Below are positions 24,079 to 37,053 of a stretch of DNA of 64,000 bases, piece after piece. Below the pieces are notes generated by a model. That model saw only the letters and a program-made list of their open reading frames with translations. It searched no databases and was not told the DNA's origin. The stretch comes from Phoronis australis. Taxonomy: Eukaryota; Animalia; Phoronida. The translations under genes and the position numbers were made by a program. The stretch's first letter is position 1; each line of letters starts with the position of its first letter. The stretch is taken from contig NMRA01000266.1 of the NCBI GenBank assembly GCA_002633005.1, positions 198,544-262,543 of the forward strand, read 5' to 3'.

Positions 24079-24442
24079 CTGCAGATAAGAAAAACTGGTC
24101 TCTTGCTTTATCGTTATAGACGAGATCCGAAGTGTTCCACAAATACTTTTAATACCTTACCAATGTACACCTACATGTACTGTTACCTAAATATAGATGT
24201 ACTGTACATGTAGGCACCAGAGCCAAGTTTTTGAGCCTCGGTGTCAGATTCGTGTGGTTTCTAGGGATGCCCACATGAACAGTCTCTGCTAATTGCCAGT
24301 CAAAAGGGTGCTTTTATTCATGCGCCTGTTTCAGATGACGGAATAATACACTGTAATGAAAATTCGAAATAACCAGATTCATTATTTGGATTGGGTTGCA
24401 AATCTTACTCACTTGACGATAGTACTGTACAGTAACCCTATT

Positions 24443-24940
24443 CATGAATGCATCCAGCCTAAAAATGGGAAGCTGAATTTTTTGAGAAGAGGGAACTTTT
24501 ACTAAGATTCATGGAGTACGTTCAGGCCTACCAATTATGCATTTGCCAAATTTTGGTAGTCCCTGCCTTTTTAGTCTCATTTTCTGATTTTTCATTCGCG
24601 CACCCAGATTGGCTTGGGGGATCAAACGAGCCCCTCCTCCCATTGGGCAAAAAGGTCAGCCTCATAGAAACAAAAAGTCCGAGTAAACGAGATACAAGCC
24701 CAACATAAAACGCACAATTCACAGCACAGCTCCGGTCGTGGTACTGTTTTTTAGTCGATCGACTTTTTTTGTTTTTAAAAGGTCCTCATCGTCAGGGGCA
24801 CGAGCCCCTTGATATTAAATGCTGGATGCCCGCAGGGTTTTTTTTTCGGAGCTTTTGCTTCTCTGAAGCGGACCTTTTTTGCCCACTCCGCCAAATGGGG
24901 GAAGTTCATTTTCTCCTACCCTTCCTTGGGTGTGCGGATG
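24443..24940. mobile_element. Dispersed non-coding repeat family 2
   Basis: gcat(c/t)cagcctaaaa...tctctga(a/g)gcggacctttttgc is shared with 63252-63527; reverse-oriented parts at 34557-34650 and 53203-53305. Confidence 0.7.
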
Positions 24941-25449
24941 ATAGTTGATGCGAAACAAGTGGCCTGCAATGCTTTTACTGATTCTCTGAGCCGGGAGAGG
25001 GCGTTTGCACTGCTACAAGATGTCACAGCGCCACTTAAAGCCAGGGAAAAGTGTAGACCATCGCCGGATGTAAATGTTTGATTAGAAAATGTGATTTTGT
25101 GGTAGAAAATTATGAATGAGAAATTGTCCAACGCATCCTTTCCTTGATACAGCACCCCTTTTAAGAAATCCTGGATCCACCGCTGCAACAAACAATTGTG
25201 AAAAAAATCAAGCATTACCAGACAAAATCAAGCGCGCCGACATTATCTCCATCATAGATTCTAGACAGAAGATTTGCAAACTCCGACATTTTCTTGCGTA
25301 CTATCCTAGAAGAGACGTCACTCTCCTAAATTACCAATTTCGGTTTTCGTCTAGTGTATTGTATAGGGAAATTCTCCTATCTATTTTACTGCCCGGTACA
25401 ACAAAAGAAAAAATCGATATTGTTCAAAGTCTTTCAATAACAGAACTCA

Positions 25450-25600
25450 GTGCTGGATTTAAGGGGGGCAAGGGGGCCATGCCCACCCCCAAAAATATTT
25501 CAGCTCCCATGTGGCAGTTCGGGGTTGCGAATGTATCAGGGCAATATCCTGGCTAATACTCTGCCCTGCCCCCAACTCAAAATCCTGGATCCGCCCCTGG
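25450..25600. mobile_element. Dispersed repeat family 3 (ends aaaatcctggatccgcccctg)
   Basis: gggggcaagggggccatg...caactcaaaatcctggatccgcccctg is shared with 38221-38546; related ggatccgcc ends near 19135 and 42470. Confidence 0.7.
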
Positions 25601-25746
25601 AACTGTTGGTATCGTGAATACTTTTGGCTCTCGACCACGCAACAGCCGACCATGATTAGCAGACGACGTACTTGCAGAAAGTAACACTTGCTAATTTGGC
25701 CAGGTGTCTCTAATGAATAATGACGTCACGGATCATCGGTAAGATA

Positions 25747-25866
25747 GGCGTGTGTTCAGTAACGCTAGGACCTACGCTTGCGCATAGCTAAAATCTAGCC
25801 AAAGTCGCGTGTTCTCATTTAAAATACACGACATTATATCGCGTAGCGTTACTGAATGTTAGGCAG
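25747..25866. mobile_element. MITE family 1 copy
   Basis: ggcgtgtgttcagtaacgctaggacctacgc...tagcgttactgaa. Confidence 0.75.
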
Positions 25867-25950
25867 GTTTCGTCCATTGAAAATGTGTCGATGTGGTGGT
25901 CCATGTACTATCGCCTATGCTTACATAGACAAAAGATGGCGACCACAGCA

Positions 25951-26957
25951 GAAATTGGTGTGCGTGGATGGTATTTGAATCATGGGATAGTTTTTTTCCG
26001 TAGTGGATATTTCTCGTTGCAAATGCCTTATAAGTGTTTTGGCCGGCTTACGGAATGCTTCCTAGAAGTTCATTACAGGAACGAATTTAAATCCATGCGT
26101 CTATATCATGACCTTATGGATAAATTTGTGCCTTCAGCCAAATATCTACAAAGGTGAAAGGATGACGAGACTGCTTTTGGATTACGGGATAGAACCTCTC
26201 GTTTCCATGGATAATTCTCCTCGTAAAAGCCTTTGATCCTAGTGCTTTTAAATTACAAATCGCTTCCCAGAATTTCCGTACAAGAGCGAATAAAATCCAC
26301 TCGCTTATACTCAAAACATTGTGGTTTAGAAAAAAATGCTTTTCGCTTTACGGTCACGGCGACAGGTCTGACATTCTGCCAAAAAGGGCTGATTAAAGCT
26401 CAGCAAAAGCAGTTGACAACACTTAAGCACTTTATTCAGATGCTACAATAGCAATCACAGTGCTGGTTCTATGGTAATAAAACTTTATGGTAATTCGGCN
26501 GAAATTGGTGTGCGTAGATGGTATTTGAATCATGGGATAGTTTTTTCCGTAGTGGATATTTCTCGTTGCAAATGCCTTATAAGTGTTTTGGCCGGCTTAC
26601 GGAATGCTTCCCAGAAGTTCATTACAGGAACGAATTTAAATCCATGCGTCTATATCATGACCTTATGGATAAATTTGTGCCTTCAGCCAAATATCTACAT
26701 AGGTGAAAGGATGACGAGACTGCTTTTGGATTACGGGATAGAACCTCTTGTTTCCGTGGATAATTCTCCTCGCAAAAGCCTTTGATCCTAGTGCTTTTAA
26801 ATTACAAATCGCTTCCCAGAATTTCCGTACAAGAGCGAATAAAATCCACTCGCTTATACTCAAAACATTGTGGTTTAGAAAAAAATGCTTTTCGCTTTAC
26901 GGTCACGGCGACAGGTCTGACATTCTGCCAAAAAGGGCTGATTAAAGCTCAGTAAAA
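25951..26957. repeat. Tandem ~460-bp duplication joined at N26500; probable haplotype duplication
   Basis: 25951-~26408 is nearly identical to 26501-~26957. Confidence 0.85.
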
Positions 26958-27404
26958 ATATGCGTGTAAGAAATAAGTATGTAAAATGTGGTTGTCGCCA
27001 TTATACCAATCTGACATTAATTCCGTCACACGACCGTATGTTTTAGTCAAACTTACATGTACATGTAGCATAGCAAAAATGGCATCAACACATCATAAGT
27101 AAATTTCGTTTAGTACCGATATGCAAGGGTAAACATCTTGAGCGTAAAAGTTCATTCATGAAAGTTACGAAAATTCTAAACATCTTAACAATAGTTTGAA
27201 ATTTTGTATTAACTCGCCCATGTTTTGATGTTTGGCTTAAGCTATGAAAAGCCCAGTCATTCTCCGTTTCAACGATACCACAATCCTTCAATAAATGTTT
27301 ATTGTGTTAAGTGACTTAGCTGTCAAAGAGGGCTTGGTCTCACAGTGATTGTTGAAAATTCAGTTGGAGCTAAGTGTATTAAGGTTTCAGCATTCAGGTT
27401 TATC

Positions 27405-27594
27405 AATAGCAATCACAGTGCTGGTTCTATGGTAATAAAACTTTATGGTAATTCGGCCACACTTAGAGACTTTACAGTGCTGGACAATTTGACAACACTT
27501 AAGCACTTTATTCAGATGCTTCAATAGCAATCACAGTGCTGTTTCTATGGTAATAAAACATTATGGTAGTTTGGCCACACTTAGAGACTTTACT
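27405..27594. repeat. ~118-bp tandem repeat (also at 26413-26499)
   Basis: aatagcaatcacagtgctg(g/t)ttctatggtaataaaac at 26447, 27406 and 27523. Confidence 0.8.
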
Positions 27595-27651
27595 AAATGA
27601 ATTTACTGATAGTAGTGATAGCCTGACTGATAGGTAACAGTGATAGTCTTC

Positions 27652-28035
27652 TCAGTTTCCCGTTGACGAACCATTCGCAGTCACTGCAGGAACACACCTT
27701 CCCTGCATGCTGTTTATTTGCCTGGTGACGCGGTGCTGTGCGATGGCATTTCTTTCCTGAGTCAGTAGCAGTCTTAAATTAGCCACAGTTGTTGAGTTGG
27801 TCAGTCGAGCAAACACATCCCATCCGAGTTGGTCCCATTTGTGTTCGATAGGGCTCAAATCTAGCCTGCGTTCAGTTCCGCTTGACCTACACTAGGACCT
27901 ATCTAACATCTAGCCAAAGTCACGTGATCTCATTCAAAATACACGGCAATAGCTCACGTCATGTCGTGAAGTCTTGCTTTTTAAGGAAGCCCTAGCGTTA
28001 CTGAACGGGAGGCTGGGCTGCATGGGGGATATTCC
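27652..28035 (-). mobile_element. Tc1/mariner transposase C-terminal remnant interrupted by a family 1 MITE (27864-28015)
   Basis: DLSPIEHKWDQL...LRLLLTQERNAIAQHRVTRQINSMQGRCVPAVTANGSST matches the Tc1 SPDL(N/S)PIE.LW...SM.RRC.AVI.A.G..T motif. Confidence 0.8.
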
Positions 28036-28955
28036 ATTCCCTGTACATTTGAACAAAACTGCAAACTGGGCACTCCAAACACAATTCTAATAACTGCGAT
28101 TCACACTGAGCCTGCTAACAGCAGGCGTTCCATGCTCCCAAGTTTGCACATCACAGGTGGCACATCTGCGTGGCAGAAACAGGGGCATTTGAAACATTCA
28201 CTTTGAGACCAAGCTTTCTTTGAAAAAAATGTGTGCTATTTCATGTTGAAAAGGGACATGGCTGAGCATTCCATTGGCATTCAGCATGTTTTAAATGAAC
28301 CAAAAGTAATGGAAACTCGGACGAGTAAACACAAATTTCCAAACTTTTGTTGAGATGTTTATTTTTGAAAGCCCTTCAGTGAATTGGGAAACTAACGACC
28401 CAAATGACGATGCTCATTATCAACGTTTCGATTTAATAGCTTAAATCATCATCAGGTATGATTCGTGTGTTAATAGATTATTACTCAACCAAATCAATGA
28501 CAGTACTGTCCGTTGATTACGAACATGAGCGGGATAAAGTTTACATCTTCCTACCCTATACATGTGCATCTTTGGCCTTCAATAGAAATCTCATTATGTG
28601 ATTGAAGTTAGCGCATTGTGCTGTGAGTTCTGTGAATACTATTTTCTTTATGAATGGCCGAGTGCGCTCAGGTCGCCTAGAACAAGCCCGGCTTATACGG
28701 CATGTTCAGGCACTCTTGCGAATATTGTCACATTGGTCAGATGTGTTCTAGTCACTGCGCGAGTCTCAAGACATCATTAAGGTAACATTTACTGTCATTT
28801 GCCGTTTTGCTTGCAATTTGTCGTTAAAGCGTTCTACCTTGCGAATTATGTGTGCGTGAACTGTTACTGAATATTATGCGTTCTCCAGTTCCACGGACGG
28901 ACGGCCTGACACACATGTCATATGTAATGCGTTGCGAAATAAAGCGTCCCGTGTA

Positions 28956-29060
28956 ACATGTTATTTGACTCGCGTGCAGCTACACATTATGTTATTTGAC
29001 TCGCGTGCAGCTTCACATTATGTTATTTGACTCACGTGCAGCTACACATTATGTTATTGA
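28956..29060. repeat. 31-bp minisatellite, ~3.3 copies
   Basis: atgttatttgactcgcgtgcagctacacatt repeated head-to-tail. Confidence 0.9.
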
Positions 29061-29124
29061 ATGTATCAATTCCACCATTTTGCTTAATTGCTGTTTTAGA
29101 CCTTGTCGAAGACTCATTAAAATC

Positions 29125-29340
29125 TCAAACTCAAAGTTCCTTTGAAAACTAGGAAAAATAATGTTGTCTATAAGATCAATTACAAGGACTGTAATAATTT
29201 TTACGTTGGTATGACAAGGCGGATACTTAAGGACAGAATAAGCGAGCATTCCAAAGATGGCAACACTGCCTTATTTGAATGACTCGACAAAATCAAACCA
29301 CTGTATTTCTTTTGACCATATACAAATTCTAGACCACAAC
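29125..29340 (+). mobile_element. Penelope-like GIY-YIG endonuclease remnant
   Basis: NNVVYKINYKDCNNFYVGMTRRILKDRISEH. Confidence 0.75.
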
Positions 29341-29458
29341 GTGAATGTGGACTAGCCTTACACATCACTAAACCTACATGTTGGGTACAGCTTCAATATG
29401 AACATAGGGTCGTTGAACCTTCAGCTGCGTTAGTTGATAGTTGAGTTCGATTCACTGA

Positions 29459-29880
29459 NNNNNNNNNNNNNNNNNNNNNNNNNNNNNNNNNNNNNNNNNN
29501 NNNNNNNNNNNNNNNNNNNNNNNNNNNNNNNNNNNNNNNNNNNNNNNNNNNNNNNNNNNNNNNNNNNNNNNNNNNNNNNNNNNNNNNNNNNNNNNNNNNN
29601 NNNNNNNNNNNNNNNNNNNNNNNNNNNNNNNNNNNNNNNNNNNNNNNNNNNNNNNNNNNNNNNNNNNNNNNNNNNNNNNNNNNNNNNNNNNNNNNNNNNN
29701 NNNNNNNNNNNNNNNNNNNNNNNNNNNNNNNNNNNNNNNNNNNNNNNNNNNNNNNNNNNNNNNNNNNNNNNNNNNNNNNNNNNNNNNNNNNNNNNNNNNN
29801 NNNNNNNNNNNNNNNNNNNNNNNNNNNNNNNNNNNNNNNNNNNNNNNNNNNNNNNNNNNNNNNNNNNNNNNNNNNNNNNN
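29459..29880. other. Assembly gap (N run)
   Basis: Run of N. Confidence 1.
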
Positions 29881-32800
29881 AGACTGTTTTAAACACAACT
29901 ACTTTTGCTAGGAGGTGGTTGCACAGATTATAAAGCGGGAAATATGCATTATGGCAAGAAGCTGGTTCGTGCAGGGTTTTGAGTAAGGGGGGCAGGGCAG
30001 AGTATTTGCCATGATTTTGCCTGTCAGACATTACCCCCCCCTCCCGATTTTCCAAATGCAATCTGGAGAATTCAACGGATCATGACCCCCCCCCTCTTAC
30101 CCCCCTCCCCCGTGTTACACGTACATGTAGCATCGTTGGAATGCCCATGGCCAATGCTTACCGTCAACGTCCTGGGTATATCTGCGCTGCACGAGCGACA
30201 CCAGGTGTAAGATAACTAAAACAGAAGGTCGATTTCAGTCGATTTCAGTTTGAAACACAATTTTTGACACCAGACAAAAAATTCCATACTATGTAGTATG
30301 TGTGAAGAGTTAACACGAGGAAGTTAGTCTTGGTACAAAATGGACAAATGCGTAACATTGGGTCCATCAGGGAAACAATGAGCAAAACATAACCTCTGAC
30401 ATAAAAATATTTTCATAAAAGCAGGTCCGGATAACGAGGGTTTATAACATTTACTTCGTAAGCCAACACTAGCGCGTGTAATTCTACTGGTATGTAGTTA
30501 TCTCCCGTGGTATTCTTTGGGGGTATTTTTTGATAGAATAGCATGGCGTTATCTTGTAATGACGGGCATCAAAAGCAGTAACAATGGAACATTTCTGCTT
30601 TCGATAACTGGACTTCATTCCTAGCAATAACAGAGCGCAAACTCGAAATGTCGACAATTTCCTCGGCATGCTGTTTGGCAGTTCACGGTAAGTCGTCTAC
30701 TCGTGGTGGGGTCAGTCTCGCCATCTGGTGACCGGACAGTACTACGATTCGGCTCCCTCCCCTCTCCGTGTTCTGGCGCTTTGAATTACTTTTCTATTGT
30801 TTGTCCATTGTCAGTCTCTCGTGGACTAAACCCTGCATCGCGCCCGAAAATACCCTCTTCCCGGAGTAAAACTCTATTACAAGTACGTGCTACAGAAAAA
30901 TCCCTTACAGTCTACTGTATTCCGTTCCTATGCAACTAAATTTGTGGGCTTTGAGTCCCATCAAATGGAATGTCAGCTATTAACATTTTTTTCGATGGAA
31001 ATTCTATATTGTCATGCATTATGAAACCTTAACCACCGGTAACCATGTCAGCATGCTCATTTAGTTATTAAGTTTTAGTGGCGTCAGTTTCTACCAGTTT
31101 TTATGTCCTCATTTATATGCCGGTTGCTCTAAAGCGGTACTGTGTAATTGCTAATAAAGACAACTTGTACTACGGCTAGCGGAAATAATGCCAGCTGTTG
31201 TAATAAAAAATAGCATAAACGTCTTGTTATGCCGAGCTTTGACATGCGATTTTGAAGGCTTTTAAAAACCTTTTAGTAATGTTTCGACGTACAAAAGCTA
31301 GCATGCTCCATTAAAAGAAACGACTGCGTGTATTTCCTACCGCAGTATGTCTGTATTCATCTGCAAAACCAAAATACATACCGACGTACTTCATTGCAAA
31401 GAGTTTGATAATTCCGTGTATATGTTTAACGCCAGTGAACTTGGCTCGTGACACTTTGTCTAAGTTAAGTTGACCAATTGTATGTTCTTACACTAGCATT
31501 TGATTACGATTGCGGAAAGTATTTTACCGCAGTCATTTACGACGTGTTTTAAGCTAAGGATGCTGTGCTACAAAAACGCGCCAAAATTTGAGCAAAGAAA
31601 AAGCATCATTTGGCACGTGCACACGAGTCTGTTTTGCTTTTCTGACATTTCAAAGAAATGATTGAACGATCGCGAAAACTGCAAATTTTATTCCTGTTCA
31701 TGCGAGTTAAAATCCAGCAGCAAAAAATCCGCAAGACAGTTCGAATTTGAGAGCGTGCCATTTTGAAGCCCACCCCAGGCAGTGGGTTTTTGCCTGAAGC
31801 AGATTACAAGCGACACATAGTGTCATACGGGCGAGTCAACATGCAAAGTCATGTATGTGTCAACAATATATGTCTTGAAACACCCTTTGAGTAAATTCAC
31901 AAGTTTGGACTGGAATCATGCGGCAGGATTAGTTAAGTTTTGAGTGTGAGTTCAGAGTTCAGATCCCGGGGCACTTTAAGTTCCGTGAAAACGTGAACAT
32001 TATAACTCACTTGGAAAACTTTGATTTTAGTGATCTATAAATGCAAGCACGCTTGGAAAAAGTGTTATACATGTAGGTGACGAACGTTATGTGAAGTACC
32101 CAGTATCGACTGCGACAACGTCGTGAACGAATATTAGTAACAAATACGTATTTGACAAAGGTTTCCTTGTTTCTCAAGCCCGAAAACTAGACGGCGGTTC
32201 GTCTGAGTCGTTAACAAGTACACTGTATATGTATTCGCTATGGTCTGATGAAACAGACCGTCAAAAACATATTCAGTCCAATTTCTTTCTATATCCAGGA
32301 AAGGCAGCGGCCTTCCCCGTCGTCGTGTCTGTTGTGGCTCCGTTGCTTTTTATGTCTTAGAATCTAAGCAAATATTGCACGCACGTCATTTGACCGGAGC
32401 ATCTTGCTGCAGGACGCTGTCATTGTCAAATTGCCTCGTTTTCGATCTGGTCGACGACAACGCTTGTCTTTTGTGCAATAGGCCAAATCCACGAAAGCTC
32501 TTCGAGACTGTAAGATACCTAGCTAGCTCTTGGTTCAACTGTGCAGCAACAGTAACTTGCAGTAGTCTGAAAGCACAGGTTTAATGCAGCAAACCCCATC
32601 CTTCCTGATTTATCTTGGTTTGAAGTTGTTCGCTTTCGAAGCAGTGCACAATTAATTTTAAAAGGTCCGTTTCGTGAAAAGTGTTCCTAGACTTAAATCA
32701 GAAATTTGGTCAAAATCTCCACACGACTATTTTTTAAAATACAAGTAAATCTCGCTTGAACAAAGATGCAAAATCTCTGAGAATATATGACCCTAAGTCA

Positions 32801-33372
32801 CTGATGTAATGTCCATAAATTTGTTTAGACTGTGTTGCTTTCATACATGTAATTCTGAGGCTGAACTTTTATTCCGAAATTGCGAAGGGAATCGCAATCA
32901 GTTTCAAGAAAAAAATATTATACCCCCATCTCGGTATATCGGAATACAAGTTCGTCGCAATGAACAATGTACATGTACTTGGCGTTCACAGCTTACCAAT
33001 ACTGAGTGCAAAATGTTTGATTGTTAAGTAGCAGTTTAGGTTAAATTTCGGAGACCGTTATACTCTGCTGTATTGCTATTTCAAATTAGTAGCTTTCCAA
33101 AACTATTGCAAATGAAAGCTAAACAAAGTTTCTGACATATGCCTTGCGTCGCTTTTCATAAAACGAACCCCAGGTCAAACAGACCACTTTCCAAAGACAA
33201 TAAAGCGTTTTGTGGTGAGTGAATCGGGCTAATTAATGGTCTCCACGTAAAAGAGAAAAAGAAGTAGCCCTACCAGGAATCTTCTAAAATTCTAAATTCG
33301 TGGCGAAATGTTTTTTTTTAAAATCGATGCCGGTAGCTTTAAAACTATTCCAGGGACATTTGTCGAGAGAAC

Positions 33373-34485
33373 TTAGAGTTGATGGGAGGACTCTGAAGAT
33401 GAAACATGATGCAGGTTAAGCATTTCGCGTCGTCTTTTCTCTGCAGTTTCTTTTTTCAGCCGATCGTTTTCTTGTATCCAATGTTCAAACTTTCTTAAAC
33501 AATCCATGTGTTCAATCGTCTTGTGCCGCTCTTTCGCTCTGTCAACTTCTCTTTGCATCTCCTTGGCCCTGTGTTGGATTTTTTCCTCCTTCGTTAGGGC
33601 GAGATATAATGGAATTTCGAGCGCAACTTTGGTCTTCGGGTCGTCTGTGATCTCACGGTCGCTTACTGCGGATTGTTTGTCGGCCTTACTAGATTTGTCG
33701 ATTGCTTTTTGTAGGCCTTGCATTTGATGTGTCGCCTGTTGGTTGTTTGGTGGTAGATTAATTTTATGCAGTGGGATATCGTCGTATCCAATGTTGCGTC
33801 TTATTTCAACACGTATAGGCGGTTGTCGCTTGAATTCGGGTACTCTAAACCTCGGCCGATGGGAGACATCGGGAGAACTCGCGAAGCTTTTCACCGACAT
33901 CGGCTTTCGAGACATGTAGCTTCTTGTCAGAAATGCGCGAGAGAGACCTCTTTTACCGGCTTTCTCTAATTCGTTAATCTCACTTTCCTTCTTTGAACAG
34001 TCAAGGGATGTTACAAGTTCGAGAAACGTTTCCCTGTCGTGAACGTCGCTTTCCTCGTCGAACTCAGACACGTTTTCTGAACCTTGTTCATCTTCTTCTC
34101 CGCGGTCACTTCCGGTTGACGCTCCATCGGTATTGCCGTCTAGTGATGCAGATGTTGCACAACCTGGGTCCGACTTGACGTCTTCTTCACTGTCAATCGT
34201 CAACTGTGTGGATTTCTCACTGCATTTAATTTTTTCCAACTTAATATCGAATTCGCGAGCTATGCGCATACTTGTTCTGCGCAACTTTATAAATCTCGTT
34301 CTATTTATCTGCAGCCAGTGTTGGTTCTGTTGAATTTCTGCATTGATTCCTGATATCAAGCGCTTCAAGGTGACGTCGTGAGTTTTGTTCTGGTGCTGAG
34401 CCACTCGGTATGTCCGCTTGACGCCATTGTCTTCGGCAGTTTGAACTAATTTTTTCCTCAGCAGTTCTCTTTTTGTCGTGTCCAT
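33373..34485 (-). CDS. Uncharacterised ~370-aa charged/coiled-coil protein, single coding exon visible
   Basis: Long open frame; acceptor tgtttctcgcag|GTTATG at 34488; N- and C-terminal Lys/Glu/Arg-rich helical segments around an acidic tract (EEDEQGSENVSEFDEESD). The predicted ORF start at 34611 lies inside a repeat. Confidence 0.75.
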   Translation of the reverse strand: MDTTKRELLRKKLVQTAEDNGVKRTYRVAQHQNKTHDVTLKRLISGINAEIQQNQHWLQINRTRFIKLRRTSMRIAREFDIKLEKIKCSEKSTQLTIDSEEDVKSDPGCATSASLDGNTDGASTGSDRGEEDEQGSENVSEFDEESDVHDRETFLELVTSLDCSKKESEINELEKAGKRGLSRAFLTRSYMSRKPMSVKSFASSPDVSHRPRFRVPEFKRQPPIRVEIRRNIGYDDIPLHKINLPPNNQQATHQMQGLQKAIDKSSKADKQSAVSDREITDDPKTKVALEIPLYLALTKEEKIQHRAKEMQREVDRAKERHKTIEHMDCLRKFEHWIQENDRLKKETAEKRRREMLNLHHVSSSESSHQL

Positions 34486-34621
34486 AACCTGCGAGAAACA
34501 ACACGCATGGGTGAGCGTAAAATTGAAAAGGTAATGCCATGCAATGCCAGTGCCAAGCACGCGCGCATCTAGGGGGGTCTCGGGTGGGCTCGAACAAGTC
34601 CCCCCCCCCATTTGGCGACGA

Positions 34622-37053
34622 GGGCAAAAATGTCTGTCTCTGACACAAAAACTCTGAAAAATGGTAGAAAACGAGCAAGGGTCTACTAAGAGGCATTCTC
34701 CAAAATTCGATCCTCCAGTTTTAGTCTGAGTGCATGCACGCTAATTAATGACCTATCGAAGGTGATTAATTTAGCAAAAATTATACGTTTTGAAAACTAT
34801 AGCGAACGGAAAGAATAACAGCCACTGGCGTAGCCGTTGGATGACGTTAGTTCCTTGCTCAATGAACAATGTGTCCGAGTAGTACACAGTTAAGGGGAGT
34901 TATTTCACTGCAATGTACACGTCATTTTATTTTTGTGCGAGTTTAAACATTGGAGCAAAAATAACTATTTTAAAAGTTTCTGTAAACAGGACTCCCAAAA
35001 GTTATTTTAATTTAATATCAGATACATGTAATAAGGATAAATATTGCTTATCATTTATCGAATGTATTTGCATCCTTTTAAAATGCGACCTTTTTTATAT
35101 GTTCGTTTTTAAGGATTATAAATCCTGAAAAGTTCCATTCTCAAACTCCTACAGTGTCAGCTAAGAAACGTGCCTGCAGTGTACCAACGTAACGCGCCCC
35201 CGACATTTAAAGTCACGTGACTAAGTATTCTCAAAAAACTGTTTTAGAGAGATCGCCTTACGCTGTATTTTGAGAACCATTTTTTAAAATAATGGGCGGA
35301 TAGACCAGTGAGTCGTGGTACTAATAACATGTAAACACTCACTTGAAGTTGAACAGAAATGAGAGCTTCCCCAGTACAAAACGACGTCGGATCAATTATC
35401 AAAAATGTATCCACAACAGAAACACTTACAATGAAAGGATACTAAACCCTGTTTCGATGATTTCAATAAATCCTCGTTCTATCACCTGCTAATGCATCAT
35501 TGGACCCAATCTTGAAAGACAGCAGCAGAAAACGACCAAAACCTCACACTCCCTATGTCAAAGATTGTGGTTCTTGGTGGTTAGTATTTCTCCAGAGTAA
35601 GGTATTTCTCCACAGTTGTAGATTAGTTCGATAAAAAGGTAGTTTACGCGTGGTCATGTAGCATAATTCAAATGGAACTTTTAAATTTCTCTCCAAATTT
35701 TGTGTGTTGTCGAGGGTTATAGAGCAGGAATTGTATGGAAAGCTCGTTTTTAATAGCTGTCAATGAACCAAATGGACCAAAATCTGGTCTGGTATTNNGG
35801 GCAAAAATGTCTGTCTCTGACACAAAAACTCTGAAAAATGGTAGAAAACGAGCAAGGGTCTACTAAGAGGCAGCAAGTACCAAAGTTGGGCCAATCCGCC
35901 ATTCATAACTCTGAACATACAGTGTACCCGGTGAATCTTGTAAAAGGTCCGCATTCTCCAAAATTCGATCCTCCACTTTTAGTCTGAGTGCATGCACGCC
36001 AATTAATGACCTATCGAAGGTGATTAATTTAGCAAAAATTATACGTTTTGAAAACTATAGCGAACAGAAAGAATAACAGCCAGTGGCGTAGCCGTTGGAT
36101 GACGTTAGTTCCTTGCTCAATGAACAATGTGTCCGAGTAGTACACAGTTAAGGGGAGTTATTTCACTGCAATGTACACGTCATTTTATTTTTGTGCGAAT
36201 TTAAACATTGGAGCAAAAATAACTATTTTAAAAGTTTCTGTAAACAGGACTCCCAAAAGTTATTTTAATTTAATATCAGATACATGTAATAAGGATAAAT
36301 ATTGCTTATCATTTATCGAATGTATTTGCATCCTTTTAAAATGCGACCTTTTTTATATGTTCGTTTTTAAGGATTATAAATCCTGAAAAGTTCCATTCTC
36401 AAACTCCTACAGTGTCAGCTAAGAAACGTGCCTGCAGTGTACCAACGTAACGCGCCCCCGACATTTAAAGTCACGTGACTAAGTATTCTCAAAAAACTGT
36501 TTTAGAGAGATCGCCTTACGCTGTATTTTGAGAACCATTTTTTAAAATAATGGGCGGATAGACCAGTGAGTCGTGGTACTAATAACATGTAAACACTCAC
36601 TTGAAGTTGAACAGAAATGAGAGCTTCCCCAGTACAAAACGACGTCGGATCAATTATCAAAAATGTATCCACAACAGAAACACTTACAATGAAAGGATAC
36701 TAAACCCTGTTTCGATGATTTCAATAAATCCTCGTTCTATCACCTGCTAATGCATCATTGGACCCAATCTTGAAAGACAGCAGCAGAAAACGACCAAAAC
36801 CTCACACTCCCTATGTCAAAGATTGTGGTTCTTGGTGGTTAGTATTTCTCCAGAGTAAGGTATTTCTCCACAGTTGTAGATTAGTTCGATAAAAAGGTAG
36901 TTTACGCGTGGTCATGTAGCATAATTCAAATGGAACTTTTAAATTTCTCTCCAAATTTTGTGTGTTGTCGAGGGTTATAGAGCAGGAATTGTATGGAAAG
37001 CTCGTTTTTAATAGCTGTCAATGAACCAAATGGACCAAAATCTGGTCTGGTAT
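34622..37053. repeat. Tandem ~1.2-kb duplication (34622-35797 / 35800-37053) joined at NN; probable haplotype duplication
   Basis: ORFs at 34913 and 36171 are almost identical; the second copy has an extra ~80 bp at ~35872-35952. Confidence 0.9.

Noticed and set aside
28956-29060. CRISPR-like 31-bp repeats next to a nuclease fragment
   Set aside because: Units are contiguous with no unique spacers; the neighbour is a Penelope GIY-YIG relic; eukaryotic context.
29393-30061. Long ORFs spanning N runs (also 52151-52757)
   Set aside because: Artefacts of translating through gaps.
34489-34611. N-terminal 41 aa of the 412-aa ORF
   Set aside because: Lies upstream of a strong splice acceptor and overlaps a dispersed repeat.
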